Source of the DNA: Myxococcota bacterium
GTDB taxonomy: Bacteria > Myxococcota_A > UBA796 > GCA-2862545
Direction of reading: 5' to 3'
Assembly (NCBI GenBank): GCA_039208735.1
Contig: JBCCQY010000040.1
Location: forward strand, 1 to 64,000
DNA length: 64,000 nucleotides
Both the position numbers and the translations under genes were made by a program. The notes under the pieces are model-generated. The model searched no databases and was not told the DNA's origin. It worked only from the letters and a program-made list of their open reading frames with translations. Shown one piece after another: positions 9,342-20,200 of the stretch; position 1 is the stretch's first letter, and each line of letters starts with the position of its first letter.

Positions 9342-10363
9342 GGCTCGACCCGCACCGGTTGACCAGGCCGCAGGCGTTCATTGCCTCGAACGACGATCAC
9401 ATCATCCGTGGCGAGCCCGTCCGCTTCGACCAACACGCGTTCGGCCGACGAAGCGACCCTTCGCACGGCGATGGGCTGAGCGGCGCCTTCCACGATCTTG
9501 AACACTCGCTCTTCCGTCGCACCGACGACGATGGCGTCTCGGGGAATGACAAGCCCCCCGTCGTGCTGGATCGAAAACGCTACTGGAACCGCGGTTCCCG
9601 CTACCAAACCCGAAGCCTCGGGAGGCGGCACGATGCGCACGACGGCCGTGCGTGAAACCGGATCGAGCGCGGGCACAACACCCACCACCTTCGCCTCGAC
9701 CGGTGGCTTCAGTTGCAGCTCGACGGCCTGTCCGGGCTCGATCTGACGAGCCAGCTGCAAAGGAGCGTCCACCCGCACCTCGGTGGCCCCCGTCGAAACG
9801 ACGTCCACCACCGAGGTCCCGGGATTCACCCAGTCTCCGGGATCCACGTGGCGTCGGGCGACCACCCCGTCGAAGGGCGCGCGGACCCGATGCCGCTCGA
9901 GTTTGGCCCATGCGACGTGCCGATCCGCGGTCGCCGCTTCGAGGGCCGCATCCAGTCGGGCCACATCGGCCTCGGCGGCTTCAACCTCGTTGGGGGCGAG
10001 CACTCCGGACCGCACCTTGCCAACCCGTGCCAACGTACGTCGAGCCTGTTCCTGCTCGGCGCGAATCTGGTCGGCACGCGCCCGAGCGACCTCGAGTTCA
10101 GCCAGCGCGAGCTTCGGATCCACCTCGGCGATCAATTCGCCGGCGGTCACCGCCTCGCCTTCTCTTCGGGTCACAGCCACCAATGCACCCGCCGCCCCCG
10201 CAGCAAGCTCCGCCCGTTCAAGGGCCGAGACCTCACCGAGGTAGCTCCAGGTGTCGTCCAGCGATCCCTCCCGCACCGAAGTGACGGCTACCAACGCTGC
10301 GGGCCGCGCTGGAGGGGCTTGCGGTGCGGAGGAGCAAGCTATCCAAATCCAGGTCACGATCAT
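9338..10363 (-). CDS. RND efflux periplasmic adaptor (MFP)
   Basis: VRAPFDGVV, DPVSRT, lipoyl-hairpin architecture, LRPGQPV C-terminus. Confidence 0.92.
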   Translation of the reverse strand: MIVTWIWIACSSAPQAPPARPAALVAVTSVREGSLDDTWSYLGEVSALERAELAAGAAGALVAVTRREGEAVTAGELIAEVDPKLALAELEVARARADQIRAEQEQARRTLARVGKVRSGVLAPNEVEAAEADVARLDAALEAATADRHVAWAKLERHRVRAPFDGVVARRHVDPGDWVNPGTSVVDVVSTGATEVRVDAPLQLARQIEPGQAVELQLKPPVEAKVVGVVPALDPVSRTAVVRIVPPPEASGLVAGTAVPVAFSIQHDGGLVIPRDAIVVGATEERVFKIVEGAAQPIAVRRVASSAERVLVEADGLATDDVIVVRGNERLRPGQPVRVEP

Positions 10364-10408
10364 GGGCGGGGAGTAACTTCCCGCCTGCACGATCGCGCCC
10401 CCTACGCG

Positions 10409-11734
10409 TCACGGCTCGTCGCTGGCGGGGACCTCGATCTGGCGAATGGATCGAATCGCGTGGGGATCCTTGGCAAGGTCAGCCGCTCGCTGAACCAATT
10501 GCTGGAGTTCAACATCCTTGAGCGGCCGGTCGAGAACCGACAGATCGTAGGCAATGCCGTTTGCGAAGTCGCGGTGCATCGAGCCTAGGTTCGACGCCTC
10601 AGCCTCGAAAATCGCATCGTCGATGGCCTTCTTGGTCCCGCGCGACACGGAGTGAACGACTGCGAGCACGGCCTGGCCCGCCAGCGGTTCGCCCAGTCCC
10701 ATCACCGCACGGGGTGCGTACATGCAGTCTCGGAGCGCCCCCAGCGTCGAGAACCGAGCGATGGTGGTGGAGACCCGTCGCGCAATCCGCGGCTGCGCTT
10801 CCATCGTGGCCGCGCCAATGTGGGGGGTGCAGCTGATCCGTGGTTCGGTCGCGTAGGGGTTCGTCCATGAGGTGTCGCCGGGGCTCGGCTCTTCGGGGTA
10901 GACGTCGACCGCCGCCCGCCGAATGGCCCCCGAGGCCACCGCATCGAGCAACGCCTGCGTACTGTGCAGGTTGCCACGAGCCAAGTTGAGGAACACCCGC
11001 GGACTGGGCTCGGGACGGTCAGCTCCTAGCTCGCCCAGCACATCGTTGAGGAAGCCGCCGTTGTCCCGTTCCTGGGCATCGCGGGCCGAGGTGTGAACGG
11101 ACACCAGATCGCTCGAGCGAAACAGCTCCGACAAGCTGTCGCAGCGTTGCCAACCCATCTCATGGCCCACTTCTTGCGCAACATGACGGTTGTCGTAGAA
11201 GCGGATGCGCATCCCGAGTGCTTCCGCAGCTCGCGCCACCTGGCGCCCGATGTTGCCAAGGCCGACGATACCCAACTCTTTGTCGAGCACTTCAAAGCGC
11301 CCACTAGCCGTCTTTTCCCACCGGTTTTCGTGCATCGCGACGTCGGTTTCGTAGAGCCGGCGACACAGCGCGATGAGGTGGGCAATCGAAAGCTCGACCA
11401 CCGATCGCCCGTTGCTGACCGGGTCGTTGAAGACCATCACACCATGTTCAGCGCAGGCATCGGCGTCGACCGAGTCGGTGCCGATGCTGCAGAGCTGGAC
11501 GGCAAGCAACTCTGGGCAGGATGCGACCACGTTGCGCGTCACCGGGACGCGCGACCGCTTGAACAGCACTTGCGCGCCACTGTCCCGAATAGCCTGAATG
11601 AGACTGTCTTCGTCGGACACGACGTCGAGTCGATTCGTGCTGATGCCCGCTTCGCCGAGCCAGCCATCGAGACTGACGTGGGGGTTTTCGACGATGAGTG
11701 CGCGGTCGAACGGACGCGTACGAATGCGGACCAC
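10409..11734 (-). CDS. serA: D-3-phosphoglycerate dehydrogenase with ACT-like C-terminus
   Basis: VFNDPVSNGRSVVEL, GIVGLGNIG, NLARG, DVYPEEP, TPHIGAATMEAQ. Strong GAGGAGG RBS. Confidence 0.85.
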   Translation of the reverse strand: MVRIRTRPFDRALIVENPHVSLDGWLGEAGISTNRLDVVSDEDSLIQAIRDSGAQVLFKRSRVPVTRNVVASCPELLAVQLCSIGTDSVDADACAEHGVMVFNDPVSNGRSVVELSIAHLIALCRRLYETDVAMHENRWEKTASGRFEVLDKELGIVGLGNIGRQVARAAEALGMRIRFYDNRHVAQEVGHEMGWQRCDSLSELFRSSDLVSVHTSARDAQERDNGGFLNDVLGELGADRPEPSPRVFLNLARGNLHSTQALLDAVASGAIRRAAVDVYPEEPSPGDTSWTNPYATEPRISCTPHIGAATMEAQPRIARRVSTTIARFSTLGALRDCMYAPRAVMGLGEPLAGQAVLAVVHSVSRGTKKAIDDAIFEAEASNLGSMHRDFANGIAYDLSVLDRPLKDVELQQLVQRAADLAKDPHAIRSIRQIEVPASDEP

Positions 11735-11735
11735 A

Positions 11736-12218
11736 TCACCTCCTCGGGGGGGCCGTATCCGGGTGCCAGGCGGCTACCAGGGCCGCAAACCGCTTCGCGA
11801 GGGGGGACGGCGGGGCCTGTAGAGGCGGTGCCGGTTCGCGAAACCTCCCGAGGACGGCGACGAGGGCTTCGGGTTCGGTCACAATTGCGGCGTCAGACAC
11901 CGAGGCCGCAAACCGGACCTGATGGTCGTCAACGTGCTCTCCAAACTCGGGTCTTCGGGGCACAATAATCGGTGTTCGACCAACTTTTCGGGCCTCGAGG
12001 AAGCTCGACGACCCGCCGTGCAGCACGACGATGCGGGCCTCGCGCAGCCACATCGCAAAACGTTCCGGCGATACCTCGTCGTGCACCTCGCAGGCCGGTG
12101 CAGGCTGACGGCTTGCCCCGCGTTGAAGCACGACCGTCTCATGCTGACCCGCCGCGTTGGCCGCCACCACGAGCCGGTCAAAGGGCTGGTGATGAGTGCC
12201 ACAGGCCACGAAGATCAC
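11736..12218 (-). CDS. PssE/Cps14G (Alg13-like) glycosyltransferase subunit
   Basis: IFVACGTHHQPFDRLV, HGG, VPRRPEFGEHVDDHQ. GTG 12218 overlaps the upstream stop. Confidence 0.88.
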   Translation of the reverse strand: MIFVACGTHHQPFDRLVVAANAAGQHETVVLQRGASRQPAPACEVHDEVSPERFAMWLREARIVVLHGGSSSFLEARKVGRTPIIVPRRPEFGEHVDDHQVRFAASVSDAAIVTEPEALVAVLGRFREPAPPLQAPPSPLAKRFAALVAAWHPDTAPPRR

Positions 12219-12664
12219 TGGGCTGCTCCCAGCACCACCCCTCGCGGATAGAGCCGTCGCTGGGCCTCTCGCTGCAACACCACCACGTCCACGATCGGCC
12301 CCACAAGCCGACCGGTGAGGGACCGGGCGTCCACTCGGTCGTACACCTCCATGAACACAGTCTTGATGCCGGCCGAGCGCGCCACCCACAGAAAGGGCAC
12401 CCCCACCCCGGCCCCCGTGCTCACGACCAGGTCTGGACGCTCCATGCGCACCCAACGACGCGCCACGGCAAAGTTCCGCACCAGGTTTACGAGGCTCCGA
12501 TTCGTGGGGTGGTGGGCGAAGGTGACCGACTCACCGACCAGCGAACGTCGTGCATGGGGAGTGTCGAAGGTCACCCAGGCACGCTCATGGTCGTTGAACC
12601 AAGGCGCCAAGGCCCGCAACTGCGACAAGTGCCCCCCGCTGGAGGCCACGAGGCCCACCTTCAC
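12215..12664 (-). CDS. PssD/Cps14F (Alg14-like) glycosyltransferase subunit
   Basis: VGLVASSGGHL, ERPDLVVSTGAGVGVPF, SLTGRL. GTGA overlap. Confidence 0.9.
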   Translation of the reverse strand: MKVGLVASSGGHLSQLRALAPWFNDHERAWVTFDTPHARRSLVGESVTFAHHPTNRSLVNLVRNFAVARRWVRMERPDLVVSTGAGVGVPFLWVARSAGIKTVFMEVYDRVDARSLTGRLVGPIVDVVVLQREAQRRLYPRGVVLGAAQ

Positions 12665-13719
12665 GGTCGTCTCACGGTCTGGTATGCGGCGAGAAACCCC
12701 TCCACGCGCTGGCTCCAATCGGCACGTTGCGCAACGGCCGCCCCGGCTCGACCCAGGGCCTCCCCGTCCGAATGTCGGCAGGCATCGAGCACCCGGGCCG
12801 CCGAGCCTGGCTTGCCGAAGTCCGCGATGCGACCCGTTACCCCCTCGGTCACCGCCTCCCGCAGCGCCGGAATGTTGGCGACGATGGTGGGTACCCCGGC
12901 GGCCATCGCTTCGAGAGCGGCCAGGCCGAAGCCCTCGTAGCGGGACGGGAAGACCGCCCACGCCGCCCTTGCGAGACGCGACCGAACGAACGCCACCGAG
13001 CGTGTGCCCCAGCAGTGCACGCGGGTGGGGCCCGATGCCGCGTGTAGCGTCCGGCGGTCCGCCTCCGAGACAGGCCCGATGAGTTCGAGATGCGGCACCG
13101 GGTCGGATTGGTGTCGAAGCGCGTCGAGGAGGTCTGCCACGCCCTTGTGTGGAACGACGCGACCAAGCACGACCCATCGATCGCGGTCGGGCCTCCGTGG
13201 GCCACGAAATCGGGCTGCCTCGATGCCATTGGGCACAATTCGACCTGCGACGTCGGCAAAGCGCGTGGCATCCGCCTTGGAGGTAAACCAGACCGCATCC
13301 AGCCGAGCCAACGTGCGGCGCGTGACGCACCGCCACCACCCCCGCTTCAGGACCGTCGCGAAGGGGGTGTGGAAGTAGCCTCCATGGGTCGACAACCCGA
13401 TGGGGGGCCCTTTGGAACGATGCGCCAATTGGTCGGCCAGACCATCGATGCCATGGACGTGCACGAGGTCTGCATCCTCCACTGCCTGTCGCAGGCCTCG
13501 CGCCCAGGGGTAGCGACGAGGCCCTCGCCGACGGACCCTGCGATAGGCGACCCCCTCATGGAAAGCCGGATGCAGCCGCTGTCCATTCCGATCTCGATCG
13601 AGGGTGACCACGGTGGCGCGGTGGCCGCGGCCCACCAAAGCCTTGGCGAGGCCGTGGACCGCCGACTCGAGCCCCCCGATCGCCGGCCATCCGGACCGAC
13701 ACACATGAACCACGTGCAC
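12661..13719 (-). CDS. Glycosyltransferase family 4 (GumH-like)
   Basis: PAIGGLE, ADLVHVHGID, STHGGYFHT, GRVVPHKG, SRYEGFGLAALEAMAAG. Confidence 0.9.
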   Translation of the reverse strand: MHVVHVCRSGWPAIGGLESAVHGLAKALVGRGHRATVVTLDRDRNGQRLHPAFHEGVAYRRVRRRGPRRYPWARGLRQAVEDADLVHVHGIDGLADQLAHRSKGPPIGLSTHGGYFHTPFATVLKRGWWRCVTRRTLARLDAVWFTSKADATRFADVAGRIVPNGIEAARFRGPRRPDRDRWVVLGRVVPHKGVADLLDALRHQSDPVPHLELIGPVSEADRRTLHAASGPTRVHCWGTRSVAFVRSRLARAAWAVFPSRYEGFGLAALEAMAAGVPTIVANIPALREAVTEGVTGRIADFGKPGSAARVLDACRHSDGEALGRAGAAVAQRADWSQRVEGFLAAYQTVRRP

Positions 13720-13741
13720 CGCACTTCCCCTTAGGGAAGCG

Positions 13742-14494
13742 TTACCGGCGTGGCGCGCCTCGCGCACCAATTCGGGGCTGGATGATGGCCTGTTGAGGCT
13801 GCCCTCGCGTGCCTCGCATCATCATCTGCTTGGCCATTTCCTCGGGGAAGAACTGGTACCACTGTTCGCCAAAGGACTTGGTCTGGATCTTCTTTTTATT
13901 TGCGAGCTTCTTCTTCATTTCCTTGAGCTTCGCGCTGTCGGGCTGGGCTTCAAGGCCTTTGGTGACCACCTCGAGTGCCTGGGTCCGTTCTCCGCTGCGC
14001 TCAAGCAGCGTGGCCCACACCAAATAGATGATGGTCTCTTTCCGAGAGATTCCCGTCGCCCGTTCGAACGAGGCCCAGGCTTCGGATTTGTTTCCCTTGC
14101 GGTAGTGGATGCATCCAATGCACACGTGGGCCGTCCAGTTCTGAAACTTGCCCTGCTCGAGCAAGGGCAGGGCGCGGTCCCACTTGAGCTGCATGTACTG
14201 AATCATCCCCAGCTGGCCGTCGAGCTGACCCTGAAGCCCGAACTGCCAGTTGCCATGCCGTGCCTTGATTCCTTCGATGAGCTGGACCGCCTGGTCGATC
14301 TTGCGGCCTTCCAGCAACGGCACGATGGCCTTCATCTCCTGTTCAACCGCCTTCGAGGTGCGCCGGCCAAAGCCGTAGAGCGCAAACCCCAGTGCGATGA
14401 GGGCAGGAATCACCCCCGCAATGACACCGAGCCATGCGGCGACAAGGCCGTAGATGGCCAGAGAAATACCGAGGGAGATCGCCAGGTTGATCAT
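13742..14494 (-). CDS. Membrane-anchored TPR-like protein
   Basis: Two N-terminal hydrophobic helices followed by TPR-like helical repeats. Confidence 0.75.
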   Translation of the reverse strand: MINLAISLGISLAIYGLVAAWLGVIAGVIPALIALGFALYGFGRRTSKAVEQEMKAIVPLLEGRKIDQAVQLIEGIKARHGNWQFGLQGQLDGQLGMIQYMQLKWDRALPLLEQGKFQNWTAHVCIGCIHYRKGNKSEAWASFERATGISRKETIIYLVWATLLERSGERTQALEVVTKGLEAQPDSAKLKEMKKKLANKKKIQTKSFGEQWYQFFPEEMAKQMMMRGTRGQPQQAIIQPRIGARGAPRR

Positions 14495-14535
14495 GGCTGG
14501 GCCATAACATCGGGGTCGCCGCCTCGGGACCCGGC

Positions 14536-15045
14536 TTACGGGTCGACCTCTTCGCCCCGGAGCAGGATGTCACCCGAGAAACTGCCCGAACGGCCGTCTA
14601 CGCTTTCCCAGCGCTCTTCCCAATCAACAAACCCTTCGAGCTGGTCGTCGTACTGCACGAAGAAGCCCGCAGCGACGAAGGTGTGTTCGGCGCCTTTCTC
14701 TTCGCCTTCTTTGGCGGTGTAGGTGCCCCCCCAGGTTGCGGTGAAGTTGCCACAGTTGACCTGGGACCACTGGCCCGAACCGTCGTCGAACAGTTGGCCG
14801 TCCATCGTGATCGCTAGAGGACCCATCGAGAGGTTTGACGCCCACTCAAACCCGATCTCAACCGTTCCGTTGGCCGGAGAGGACAGCGCAGGAAACGCCG
14901 CTTCATCCCCCACCAGCTCGAACGTACGGGCATGGGCAAAGCTCGAAAACACCCGGCCATTCAGCTGGTCGGGGCTCCCGCACACCTCCGAGCAGCCTAC
15001 GCTCCCCAGGAGGGCCGGCACTACAACGAACACCCAACCTCGCAT
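14536..15045 (-). CDS. Hypothetical lipoprotein
   Basis: Signal peptide with lipobox-like SVGC, then a beta-rich acidic domain. Confidence 0.7.
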   Translation of the reverse strand: MRGWVFVVVPALLGSVGCSEVCGSPDQLNGRVFSSFAHARTFELVGDEAAFPALSSPANGTVEIGFEWASNLSMGPLAITMDGQLFDDGSGQWSQVNCGNFTATWGGTYTAKEGEEKGAEHTFVAAGFFVQYDDQLEGFVDWEERWESVDGRSGSFSGDILLRGEEVDP

Positions 15046-15097
15046 CTTTGCCTCGCTACGTCGGCCGCCGTCCTATCGTACCTGGAGGAGGCCGACC

Positions 15098-16174
15098 ATG
15101 GACCGCGAATCGTTGATGCGGCTGGCCTACGACATCGGATTTCAAACGGTACGACTCGCCCGCGTACGACCGACCCCGCGCGCCGATGTGCTCGACCGAT
15201 GGTTGGCGCGCGGCCGACAGGCCGACATGCACTGGTTCGCTCGCCAGCGCGAGACCCGACGAGACCCTCGCGCACGAGCCCCCTGGGCACGCACCGCGAT
15301 GGTGCTGGCGGTTCGCCATCATCACCGACGTCCCGCCGACCCCGGCGGACGCACGGGTCTGGTGGCACGCTACGCTTGGGGGCGCGACTACCACAACGTC
15401 ATGGGCAAGCGACTGCGCAAGCTCGTGCGCCGACTTCGCGAAGCGGGCGTCCGGGCGTGGGGAGGCGTCGACACCGCTCCGATTCAGGAACGAAGTTGGG
15501 CCGCCGCGGCGGGGCTTGGGTTCACGGGCAAGCATACGCTTCAAATCGAGGTGGGAACTACGTCGTGGATGCTGCTGGGGGTCGTGATGATCGATCTCCC
15601 CCTCGAGCCGGACGCTCCGATCGAACGCGATCACTGTGGATCCTGCCGCCGCTGCCTCACCATCTGTCCGACGGACGCCTTTCCGGCCGCCTACGAACTC
15701 GACGCTCGCCGATGCATCGCGTTTTGGACGATCGAGTCTCGCGGAGTGGTGCCACGTGCCTTGCGATCGGCCTTTGGCCGTTGGGTCTTCGGCTGCGACC
15801 TTTGCCAGGAGGTGTGTCCCCACAACCACGATCCACCGGATTCCGACGAGGACGCCTTCGCACCGCGCCACGCGTGGCTCGACCTCGATGCCATCGTCCT
15901 TCGTCCGGATGCCCAGTTACTCGAGGACTTTATCGGGACACCGCTACGGCGCCCAGGGGCCGAGGGCCTAAAGCGAAATGCGTTGATTGCCCTTGGAAAC
16001 CTTGGCGACGACGACGCCGTCGATGCCGTGCGCGTCGCGCTCGATCACCCCTCGCCCATCGTGCGGGGCACCGCCGTATGGACACTGGGGCAGCTCGGCG
16101 CGCCGATTCCGGTCCAGGACCCAAACCCGATCGTTCAAGACGAGATCGACGCCGTTAGCTCAGCTCGGCCTTGA
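15098..16174 (+). CDS. queG: tRNA epoxyqueuosine(34) reductase
   Basis: ARYAWGRDYH, VDTAPIQER, CGSCRRCLTICPT, FGCDLCQEVCP and a HEAT-like tail. GGAGGAGG RBS before ATG 15098. Confidence 0.95.
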   Translation: MDRESLMRLAYDIGFQTVRLARVRPTPRADVLDRWLARGRQADMHWFARQRETRRDPRARAPWARTAMVLAVRHHHRRPADPGGRTGLVARYAWGRDYHNVMGKRLRKLVRRLREAGVRAWGGVDTAPIQERSWAAAAGLGFTGKHTLQIEVGTTSWMLLGVVMIDLPLEPDAPIERDHCGSCRRCLTICPTDAFPAAYELDARRCIAFWTIESRGVVPRALRSAFGRWVFGCDLCQEVCPHNHDPPDSDEDAFAPRHAWLDLDAIVLRPDAQLLEDFIGTPLRRPGAEGLKRNALIALGNLGDDDAVDAVRVALDHPSPIVRGTAVWTLGQLGAPIPVQDPNPIVQDEIDAVSSARP

Positions 16175-17153
16175 GGGTCGCGAGCGCATCGGTGTCGTGA
16201 ACGACCGCTCCGACTTGGGCCACCGTGAGGCCTGCGACCGCCGAGGCGAGCCGTCCTGCCGCGTCGATCGACGTGCCGGTGGCGAGCCCGTACAGGAAGC
16301 CACCTGCGTACGCATCTCCCGCGCCCGTCGTGTCGATCGCGTCGACGGGACGCACCGCGACGTGGTGCACCTCGCCGTTGTGAACGATCACCGACCCATC
16401 CTTGCCGCACTTCACGGCCACGGTGGCCACGCCGTAATCTTCGGCCACATGCCGCGCCGCGGCTTCCGCGTCATCGAGACCGGTCAGGGCCCGGGCTTCT
16501 TCCGCGTTGAGGAACGCGATGTCCGCAAAGGTGCGCAGCGCCTCCGAGAAGCGGTCCCGAATCGCCCCGATCACGAAGGGGTCGGCCGCGTCGATCGACA
16601 CCTTGACGCCGTGTTCCTTTGCGATGCCCATCGCCTGCCACACGACGGGTTGGGTCGGACCATCGAGTAGCGTGTAGCCCGTGAAGTGCGCCACCTGGGC
16701 CTTCGCAATCTCGGTTCCAAAGTCGCCGAGCTCGTTCATCAACACCGATGCGCCGAGGTCGGTGAGCATCGTACGTTCGGCATCTGAGCGGCTGATGATC
16801 GACAGGCACTTGCCCGTATTGCCACCTTCGAGAAAGCGGAGAGCGTGACCTCCACAAGCCTTCGTGATGTGGGCCGCGTATTCATGGCCCATCTGATCTT
16901 CGCCGACCTGGCCGCAGTAGCGCGCCTTTCCGCCCAAGCGGCCCACCGTGGCGATCGTATTGGCGCACGAGCCCCCAGAATCGAAGATCACATCGAGGTT
17001 TCGAACCCGCTCGAAGGCGGCTTGCCATTGGCCGTGATCGACGGGATGCATGGTGCCGCGATGCAGCTCCAGCTCCTTGAGGAGCCCATCATCGTCGAGG
17101 ATGACGAGCGCATCCATCAAGGCGTTTCCGATTCCCACCACGTGCCAGTCCAT
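16155..17153 (-). CDS. PfkB-family carbohydrate/adenosine kinase
   Basis: VVGIGNALMD, SGGSCANT, ERTMLT, DTTGAGDAYAGG. Confidence 0.92.
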   Translation of the reverse strand: MDWHVVGIGNALMDALVILDDDGLLKELELHRGTMHPVDHGQWQAAFERVRNLDVIFDSGGSCANTIATVGRLGGKARYCGQVGEDQMGHEYAAHITKACGGHALRFLEGGNTGKCLSIISRSDAERTMLTDLGASVLMNELGDFGTEIAKAQVAHFTGYTLLDGPTQPVVWQAMGIAKEHGVKVSIDAADPFVIGAIRDRFSEALRTFADIAFLNAEEARALTGLDDAEAAARHVAEDYGVATVAVKCGKDGSVIVHNGEVHHVAVRPVDAIDTTGAGDAYAGGFLYGLATGTSIDAAGRLASAVAGLTVAQVGAVVHDTDALATLKAELS

Positions 17154-17224
17154 GCCTGCTCCTCGGCCGACGCCCCTGGCGTGGCCACCCGGGCCCGTGT
17201 AACGAAATGGCTCCGGACCCGCCG

Positions 17225-20200
17225 TCAGCCTCGCGCTTGACGAGCGAGCACAAGCAGCTCCTCATCCGAGTACCGATGCGGGGGTACGATCGGCGTAACG
17301 GGCCGCATCTCGGACAGCTCCCCCCCTCGCAACACATGCAGGTGACCCGTTCGCTTACGAAGGAGCTGCGATTCGGCATCTCGCGTATCGGACAGCAACG
17401 TTCGCATCTTGGAAAGCTCGCCTTCGTCCACCGGCCCGAGGACCCAGGTGCCGATGTTTTCCCGTGGACGGTAATCGAGATCGCCGGGACGCTCGCTCCA
17501 CAGCACCATGCCGATCCCATCCCGACGGCCCGGTCGAAGCAGGCGCATCAACGGCTCCTTGGTGGCCGGAGACGCTTCGGCGGGCAGCCAGAGGTCTGCC
17601 TCGTCGATCAACACGAGCGTGTGAAGGTCGTCGGTCTCGTTCGCGGCCGTAAAACAGGCCAATTCGACCAGCAGACGCGTGACCCAATACTCCATCCGCG
17701 TGGCGTCACGCAGCTGGCCAACGTGCACGATCGAGACCCGAGGACGCGGGTGCGGCCCTACCAGGCGCGACGCATCGAGTTGGGCTCCGGCGGCTTCGAG
17801 CAGCTCTCCGTGCGACCACGAAAGGGCCGTCAGGTTGTCGTGAAGCTTCTCGAACTGCCGAGCGTTGAGTTCGCCAACCGCATTGACGATCGCTGGATCT
17901 TGATCGCCAATCCGATCCGTCAGCACGGTCAGGTCGACCGTCTCTCCCAACGCCACCCCATGTTCGATGGCCTTGGCGAGCAACACGAGCCGCGACTTTT
18001 CGGCTTCGCTACCGTGGTAGCCCATGAGGGAGCCCAGGGACTCGGCAAGGAAGTGGGCCACCATCGACCGTTGCTGGGTCGGCAGGTCCCCGAGACCGAC
18101 GGGCACCAGCGGAAGCCACACGGACCGCCCCGGCGCGGCACCGGGCGTGACAAGCGAAACATCGACGTCCCGCAAGATGCGCTGAGCCCGTGGGGTGTTG
18201 GGGTCGTCCGGCAGGGCAGGGTACCGGTCCGGGTCCGCAAGCCCGCACAAATCGCCGTTCCGGTCTACGATCACGACCGATCGGCCTTGCTCAAGCGCCT
18301 GTTCGATCACCGCGAGAGCCGTGGCCATGGGAGCGCCGCCCCCAAGGAACGCCAGATTGCGATCCAGCTCGTCGGGAGCGACCACCACTTCTTGATCGCC
18401 GTTGGTCCACCACCCGATCTGGATGGGGCCCGACTCGGGCGCCGGCGCCACTGCGGGCTCGGGCGTGGGCATCGGCATGGGCTCAGGCGTTGCACTCGGC
18501 GAAGGACTGCGCTCGGGCTCGGCGACGGTTGAAGTCCCCAGACCAAACAACGTGCGCAGCCCTGGAAGCTGCGACAACGGCTGGTCGCGACGCGTCCACT
18601 CTTCGAAGCCTGGGGCCCGCTCGTGCCGCTCTTGAAAGGCAAGAAACGCCATGATCGTGCGCCAGTCGGTGTCCTGGACGACGACTTTGCGTCCTCCCGC
18701 CGCGACGATCTCCCCCAGGCGCCGCGCCAGCTTGGTGCGTGGATTGTCGGGGAACGGTCCGGTGCGCACCAACGCCGCAGGCCCTGGATCGGCCTCTTGC
18801 ACGATGTCTTCGATCTGACGACCGAGGGAGCCGCCAAGTGGCGTGCGGTTGCAGATGCCGGTCCGGTAGGCCGGTCCGTCATCAATCTGGACCGTGAGCC
18901 GATTCTCGGCGATGCGCTCTACCCGAAGGCCCGCATGTTCGGGGGCCTCATGAACCACCTGAGTCGCGGCCCGGCACAGAAGGCCGATGAGTGCTGCATC
19001 CTCGTCAGGAATCGACCCGAGGAACCCAGAGCGGAAGTCGTTGTACTGCTGAGCCCAATTGACGGTTGGCGCCTTGGGCCCCGGGACGAGTTCGACCTCG
19101 ACATCATCGGGGTCGATGATACGTCCTGCAGCAATGCACCGATCCCGGAAGGCGTGGCACCAATTCAGGATATCGCGGGTTCGTAGGTTCGTGATCCGCG
19201 CCAGGTCTCCCCGCCGAAACGGGTAGAGGGGCGATTCGGGCCGGAACCGCACCTCCTGCGATTCGTAGAGCACCTGAAGCCGTCGGGCGATGATCTCCTC
19301 GATCTCTTCGGCCGAACGGCGGGCCGTCAAGGTGACGGGGGCCGGTTCGCGCTCAAGCCGGTCCAGTGCGGACCGCGTGAGGAACTGGCGAACCTCGACG
19401 TACATGTCGTCGAGGCACGAAATCACGACGATGGCCTGCGGAACGGCATCTACGATGTTGCGTAGGACGTCGATGGCGCGCGGAAACCGCTCCTTGATCT
19501 CTTCCATGTGGAAGATGTCTTCGAGCTGATCGACAAGCAGTACGAGCGAGCCGCCCATCGCCGCGGCCACCAATTGACCAAGCTCGATGACGGTGCGCAG
19601 TGCGTCACCGTCGGCGGTACGTGGGGCGATTCCACCCAGCTTTCGGCGGTCCCAATCGTTGAGATCGTGACAGCGTAGGTATTTGATCGCTCGCGCCGTG
19701 ATCATGGGATCGCGCCGCTGAAGCTGCAGCACCACCCGAAGCAGATCTGGATCGAATCCCTCGAGTTTTGGATGCCCGAGTAGGTGGTCCACCAGCTCCG
19801 ACACGACGTCGTCGTCGGTGCCTGAAATCAACGTTTCCCGCTGTTCGGCGGTCAGGCCATTGGGCAGCTGAGCCAACGCGTCCGACAGCACCATGAGACC
19901 GGAGGACTCGACCACCGGCCGATCGAAGGGCCGCTGCAGCGAGTCGACGAGATTGTTGAGGACGTAGCGCCCGTAGTCTCCACTGCCCGACGTCATCTGC
20001 AAGTAGCCAGCCATTCCAAGCCGCTTGCGATGCACGTAGTTTCGGAACGCGCGGACGAGGTGGGTCTTGCCGCTTCCTGCACTGCCCCGGATGAGGAGCA
20101 TGTGGCCCGTCAGCTGGCCCCCCGCCGATGCCGCATCGACCAAGCGTTCAAACGAGTCGCGCGCACCACTGTGAATGGCGCGCACATCGAAGGGATCGCG

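Noticed and set aside
14723..15097. N-terminal extension of the queG ORF
   Set aside because: It overlaps the divergent lipoprotein gene, and a strong GGAGGAGG precedes ATG 15098.
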